DNA of 34,736 nucleotides from a virus (Duplodnaviria; Heunggongvirae; Uroviricota; Caudoviricetes): IMG/VR virus record IMGVR_UViG_2734482783_000005; one strand, 5' to 3'. Shown piece by piece: positions 30,217 to 34,736 of this stretch (position 1 is its first letter; each line of letters starts with the position of its first letter). The notes under the pieces were generated by a model. It saw only the letters and a program-made list of their open reading frames with translations, ran no database searches and was not told where the DNA came from. The position numbers and the translations under genes were made by a program.

Positions 30217-30395
30217 CGCATCCTCACGATAATATCCGGGTAGGCGCGATCACTTTCGTCTACTCCGTTACAAAGCGAGGCTGGGTATTTCCCGGCCTTT
30301 CTGTTATCAGAAATCCACTGAAAGCACAGCGGCTGGCTGAGAAGATAAATAATAAACGGGAGGCGGTATGCACAAAGCATCTCCTGTTGAGTTAA
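30213..30395 (+). CDS. Small early protein, lambda orf60a-like (60 aa)
   Basis: [60 protein letters not shown]; immediately downstream of exo as in lambda. Confidence 0.55.
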
Positions 30396-30634
30396 GAACG
30401 AGTATTGAGATGGCACATAGCTTTGCTCAAATTGGAGTCAGGTTTGTGCCAATACCAGTAGAAACAGAGAAGAATTTCATACGTTAGCCACATCCCTTTC
30501 ACAAAAGCTGGAAATGATGGTGGCGAAAGCAGAAGCAGATGAGAGAGACCCGGTATGACAGCCACGGAATGCATTTTTCTGGCTGCGGGCTTCATATTCT
30601 GTGTGCTTATGCTTGCCGACATGGGACTTGTTCA

Positions 30635-30850
30635 ATGACACCTCAGCAAGAAAACGCCCTTCGCAGCATTGCCCGTCAGGCTAATTCTGAAATCAAAAAA
30701 GCCAGACAGCAGTTTCCGGATAAAAACGTCGATGACATTTGCCGTAGCGTACTGAAGAAGCACAGCGAAACGGTAACGCTGATGGGATTCACACCGACTC
30801 ATTTAAGTCTGGCGATCGGCATGTTAAACGGCGTCTTTAAGGAGCGATGA
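30635..30850 (+). CDS. Small early protein, lambda orf63-like (71 aa from the internal Met)
   Basis: MTPQQENALRSIARQANSEIKKARQQFPDKNVDDICRSVLKKHSETVTLMGFTPTHLSLAIGMLNGVFKER; the track ORF has an upstream extension not resembling the lambda protein. Confidence 0.5.
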   Translation: MTPQQENALRSIARQANSEIKKARQQFPDKNVDDICRSVLKKHSETVTLMGFTPTHLSLAIGMLNGVFKER

Positions 30851-30948
30851 ACATGAAAAGCAAAATCATCAGGGAGCTACAGGCTCCTTTTTTATTGTTC
30901 GCATTCACCCTCAAGCGTATTAACCAACAATTCAGGGATTAATGAAAG

Positions 30949-31173
30949 ATGGCAGACATCATTGATTCAGCATCAGAAATCGAAGAATTACAGCGCAATG
31001 CAGCAATAAAAATGCGTCGTCTGAACCACCAGGCTGTATCTGCCACTCATTGTTGTGAGTGTGGCGATCCGATAGATGAACGAAGACGCCTGGCCGTTCA
31101 GGGTTGTCGGACTTGTGCAAGTTGCCAGGAGGATCTGGAACTTATCCGCAAACAGGGATGTGTAAAAAGTTAA
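30949..31173 (+). CDS. TraR/DksA-family C4 zinc-finger protein (lambda Orf73-like), 74 aa
   Basis: MADIIDSASEIEELQRNAAIKMRRLNHQAVSATHCCECGDPIDERRRLAVQGCRTCASCQEDLELIRKQGCVKS; CxxC-N17-CxxC zinc finger characteristic of TraR-like RNA-polymerase-binding factors. Confidence 0.8.
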   Translation: MADIIDSASEIEELQRNAAIKMRRLNHQAVSATHCCECGDPIDERRRLAVQGCRTCASCQEDLELIRKQGCVKS

Positions 31174-31402
31174 CTGAGGAAAAGTCATGGACCTTGCTTT
31201 ATTGAAATTAATCAAAGATAATCACAATACTAATCACTCCCATCTGACATGAGTGGATATAGAAAAATTATTAACACGTCTTTTCAAGTTTTGCTGACAT
31301 ATGACCTGAAAAGACGAGTAAAGATACAGACAATATAAATTAATACATCGCGTTGAATGACGAATATAATAAAAAACATAAAGCACAAATAGCGAGCTAT
31401 GT

Positions 31403-32704
31403 TTAAACCCCGTATATTGATGTCATATTTCTTCCATTTCTTTTCGAAGCATACAATGCAATATCACCTTTATCTATGGCATCAATAATATTTTCATTGG
31501 TATTTTTAATAGTGTAGACGCCCATACTTACCGTTATGTTTACTGTATGAACACCTGAGTTTTTAAAGCTCATTGCGCGTATTTCATTATGAAGCCTCTC
31601 TGTTATCTGAATAGTTTTTTGATGTTCTGAATTCGTCAGGATGATGAGAAACCCCTCACCACCAAGACGAATCAAATGATCGTTACTCCTAATATTCTGC
31701 TGAATGGTAAATGAAATGGTTTTTAATACATAATCACCAAACTTATGTCCATAAGAATCATTTATATTTTTAAAAAAATCTATATCGACAACAACAACAC
31801 CAATAGGAGAATTATCCTTTATAAATTTAGTATCACCCTCAATTGACTCTAAAAACTTTCTGTTATGCGCTCTTGTAAGTTGATCAATAAAAATATCTTT
31901 AGATAACAAAGCATTTTTTTTCTCAGCCATTACGAACCCTTTAAATACAATGTAGTTAAAAAATAAAAAGGCCATAATTGAAATACATGGCTCAAAAATG
32001 ACACCTATATTCCACACCTTACCAAAACTATGTTCAAATGAGACCACTGAAAAAACCCTGAGAGTAAATGATATATTTATCATGACTAACAATATTTTCA
32101 GGACATTACTTTTAAAACCATTAAAAAATACTGATGCCAATGTCATAAAAAACCAAAGCATTATTATCAAACTCCAGGCTTTATTATTTTCCAAAATAGT
32201 CATAAGTATATAACCCAATGGATTCTGGCTCAGAAAAAAAGATATTGAAAATAAGAAAATAATCATAACAAAAACAATTGACAGCTCATTTATTTGCTTG
32301 TTTTTATTAATAAACATCAATAAGGACATTAAAAAAAGCGTATAGCAACAAGCGATTCTTACTAAATTTAACTCTAAAGCAGCATTAGTTAATGATGTAT
32401 CTGAGTTAAAAGGAAGGGTAATCTCAGCATTATTTAAAGCAACGATGAGATGATAAATTGAGGAAATAAAAAATACGACTATCAATGGAATAAGGCACGG
32501 CAAATGCCGCCTTATAATAAAAGCATAAAGAAGAAAAACTGCTATATAAAATTGCGTAATAAAAAGAATAGTATAAATAAAAATAACTTCTCCAGAGCTT
32601 AATTTGATACCGACATCGGGGAAAAAGGCATTAAGTGAAAAAAATGCAATTGTCAATATCAAACTAATGAATAGCCTTATATTTGAGTATGAAAATGATT
32701 TCAT
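31403..32704 (-). CDS. Polytopic membrane protein with C-terminal GGDEF domain (433 aa); signature motif reads GGEGF
   Basis: About seven hydrophobic helices in the N-terminal 250 aa, then ...VVVVDIDFFKNINDSYGHKFGDYVLKTISFTIQQNIRSNDHLIRLGGEGFLIILTNSEHQKTIQITERLHNEIRAMSF...ALYASKRNGRNMTSIYGV. RxxD (RSND) lies five residues before GGEGF. Strongly AT-rich and antisense to the early-left operon. Confidence 0.85.
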   Translation of the reverse strand: MKSFSYSNIRLFISLILTIAFFSLNAFFPDVGIKLSSGEVIFIYTILFITQFYIAVFLLYAFIIRRHLPCLIPLIVVFFISSIYHLIVALNNAEITLPFNSDTSLTNAALELNLVRIACCYTLFLMSLLMFINKNKQINELSIVFVMIIFLFSISFFLSQNPLGYILMTILENNKAWSLIIMLWFFMTLASVFFNGFKSNVLKILLVMINISFTLRVFSVVSFEHSFGKVWNIGVIFEPCISIMAFLFFNYIVFKGFVMAEKKNALLSKDIFIDQLTRAHNRKFLESIEGDTKFIKDNSPIGVVVVDIDFFKNINDSYGHKFGDYVLKTISFTIQQNIRSNDHLIRLGGEGFLIILTNSEHQKTIQITERLHNEIRAMSFKNSGVHTVNITVSMGVYTIKNTNENIIDAIDKGDIALYASKRNGRNMTSIYGV

Positions 32705-32998
32705 GGCAAACTCGAATTTTACAAAAACATAACAATAGCAGGTTTCTAGAAAATATCCTGTAGAAGGAAGATAAATCTACACAAATTTTGTGCTTCCTGA
32801 TTGCCCCATATTTTTCCACTTAATATTTGCGCAAAAATGTCTACATATTGAACAACTTTGCTTTCGGAAGATAGGGGCAGGTAAGAGAAATACAACATGG
32901 TTACGTAAACTCTAAATGTTCAGAGCGTTTATTATTACGTAATCAATTATTAATAAAAGTTCCCCCGCGTGATGTCTTTTTTTTTATTGGAGTTAGAA

Positions 32999-33193
32999 AT
33001 GTCAGATTTGGCTATGAAGGTTTTGAAATGGCAATCGACTGGCGATGTCGGCATCAGTAGCGCAACTCTTGCCTCAATCGCATGTGGACTGAAAAAGAAT
33101 ATCTATGGTCATCACTTCGGTGCTCCACATGACGCAGCAGATTTCCGGCGATGCGTTGCGCTTGTTGAACAGATTCCAGAAATCAGAGATTAA
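32999..33193 (+). CDS. Hypothetical protein (64 aa from the Met with GGAG Shine-Dalgarno); the reading frame continues after a TAA for another 49 sense codons, so possibly a nonsense-interrupted gene
   Basis: MSDLAMKVLKWQSTGDVGISSATLASIACGLKKNIYGHHFGAPHDAADFRRCVALVEQIPEIRD then TAA (33191..33193), then in frame FDKVAKRVPAFKGILNEWDSLVSLLESEMRIHGNKAPETYKRISELRKD to the stop at 33341..33343. Confidence 0.4.
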   Translation: MSDLAMKVLKWQSTGDVGISSATLASIACGLKKNIYGHHFGAPHDAADFRRCVALVEQIPEIRD

Positions 33194-33345
33194 TTCGACA
33201 AGGTTGCAAAGCGCGTTCCGGCATTCAAAGGAATCCTCAACGAATGGGATTCTCTCGTTTCGCTATTGGAGTCTGAAATGAGGATACATGGGAACAAAGC
33301 GCCAGAGACTTACAAAAGAATCAGTGAGCTACGCAAGGACTAACT

Positions 33346-33717
33346 ATGGAATCATACAGCCTCACACTTGATGAGGCCTGTCAGTTTCTTAAGATATCCA
33401 GACCAACCGCCACCAACTGGATACGAACAGGCCGCCTAAAGGCAACACGTAAAGACCCCACCAAGCCCAAATCACCTTACCTCACAACACGACAAGCCTG
33501 CATTGCGGCGCTTCAGTCTCCGCTGCATACTGTCCAGGTGAGCGCGGGTGATGGCATAACAGAGGAAAGAAAATGTCACTCTTCCGCAGAAACGAAATAT
33601 GGTATGCCTCGTATTCGCTCCCGGGCGGGAAACGAATTAAGGAATCTCTTGGCACAAAGGACAAGCGGCAAGCTCAGGAGTTGCACGACAAGCGAAAAGC
33701 AGAACTCTGGCGAGTAG
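33346..33717 (+). CDS. xis: Excisionase-like DNA-binding protein (Xis); the 3' part of the ORF overlaps int and the true stop may differ
   Basis: [60 protein letters not shown]...; N-terminal HTH typical of small excisionases; sits immediately upstream of the integrase. The 123-aa ORF overlaps int by about 145 nt. Confidence 0.6.
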   Translation: MESYSLTLDEACQFLKISRPTATNWIRTGRLKATRKDPTKPKSPYLTTRQACIAALQSPLHTVQVSAGDGITEERKCHSSAETKYGMPRIRSRAGNELRNLLAQRTSGKLRSCTTSEKQNSGE

Positions 33718-34736
33718 AAAAGCTAGGGGATTTACCTGATGTCACTTTTGAAGAGGCTTGCCTAAGATGGCTTGAGGAAAAAGCTGATAAAAAATCTCTC
33801 GATTCAGATAAAAGCCGGATTGAGTTCTGGCTTGAACATTTTGAGGGTATAAGGCTTAAAGATATCTCGGAGGCAAAGATTTACTCTGCTGTAAGCAGAA
33901 TGCATAACAGAAAGACGAAAGAAATATGGAAACAGAAAGTTCAGGCCGCCATCAGGAAAGGTAAAGAACCGCCTGTTTATGAACCAAAGCCAGTATCAAC
34001 TCAGACAAAGGCAAAGCATCTTGCCATGATAAAGGCCATTCTCCGTGCTGCAGAACGCGACTGGAAGTGGCTGGAAAAAGCGCCTGTCATCAAGATACCA
34101 GCGGTCAGAAACAAGCGAGTCAGATGGCTGGAAAAGGAGGAAGCAAAACGCCTTATTGATGAGTGCCCCGAACCACTGAAATCTGTCGTCAAGTTTGCGC
34201 TGGCAACTGGTCTGAGAAAGTCGAACATCATAAATCTGGAATGGCAACAAATCGACATGCAGCGACGAGTTGCCTGGGTGAATCCAGAAGAGAGCAAATC
34301 AAACCGCGCCATTGGTGTGGCGCTGAACGATACCGCCTGTAAAGTGTTGCGTGATCAAATAGGCAAGCATCACAAATGGGTGTTTGTACATACCAAGGCG
34401 GCTAAGCGAGCAGATGGAACATCAACGCCTGCGGTCAGGAAGATGCGCATCGACAGCAAGACATCATGGCTATCAGCTTGTCGTCGTGCAGGAATTGAAG
34501 ATTTCCGTTTCCATGACCTCAGACACACCTGGGCAAGCTGGCTGATTCAGTCAGGCGTCCCATTATCAGTGCTTCAGGAAATGGGCGGATGGGAGTCCAT
34601 AGAAATGGTTCGTAGGTATGCTCACCTTGCGCCTAATCATTTGACAGAGCATGCGAGGAAAATAGACGACATTTTTGGTGATAATGTCCCAAATATGTCC
34701 CACTCAGGAATTATGGAGGATATAAAGAAGGCGTAA
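33573..34736 (+). CDS. int: Tyrosine integrase (DLP12 IntD / phage-21-type), 387 aa
   Basis: [86 protein letters not shown]... with the catalytic region ...[39 protein letters not shown] (R..HxxR..Y). The stop codon is the last three bases of the window. Confidence 0.95.
   Translation: MSLFRRNEIWYASYSLPGGKRIKESLGTKDKRQAQELHDKRKAELWRVEKLGDLPDVTFEEACLRWLEEKADKKSLDSDKSRIEFWLEHFEGIRLKDISEAKIYSAVSRMHNRKTKEIWKQKVQAAIRKGKEPPVYEPKPVSTQTKAKHLAMIKAILRAAERDWKWLEKAPVIKIPAVRNKRVRWLEKEEAKRLIDECPEPLKSVVKFALATGLRKSNIINLEWQQIDMQRRVAWVNPEESKSNRAIGVALNDTACKVLRDQIGKHHKWVFVHTKAAKRADGTSTPAVRKMRIDSKTSWLSACRRAGIEDFRFHDLRHTWASWLIQSGVPLSVLQEMGGWESIEMVRRYAHLAPNHLTEHARKIDDIFGDNVPNMSHSGIMEDIKKA

Overview
This window is most of a lambdoid prophage (lambda / phage 21 / DLP12 mosaic, Escherichia-type), inverted relative to the canonical lambda map. 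From right to left it runs: integrase and excisionase at the window edge (33346..34736, +); the early-left operon on + (N, ral, sieB-like, Ea10-like, cIII, kil, gam, bet, exo, TraR-like); a divergent immunity region (cI on +, cro and cII on -); replication genes O and P with the iteron origin inside O; the nin region (ren, ninB, N6-adenine methyltransferase, ninE, rusA, Q); a cargo cluster between Q and the lysis genes (Blc-like lipocalin, DUF523-DUF1722 desulfidase-like protein, AraC-family regulator); a phage-21-type lysis cassette (pinholin S, SAR endolysin R, Rz/Rz1) with bor; an intact cos site; and the lambda head and tail genes Nu1-A-W-B-C-D-E-FI-FII-Z-U-V-G-T-H-M on - (M truncated at position 1). 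All assignments are from reading the six-frame translations against remembered protein sequences; no database search was run. The best candidate for an undescribed system is an AT-rich two-gene cassette directly downstream of cI (24839..25912), in the slot where lambda carries rexAB: a 300-aa ClpP/SppA-fold serine-peptidase-like protein and a 56-aa partner, closed by an intrinsic terminator. Other cargo worth attention are a membrane GGDEF protein with an altered GGEGF signature, and the desulfidase-like gene with its AraC neighbour in the late operon.
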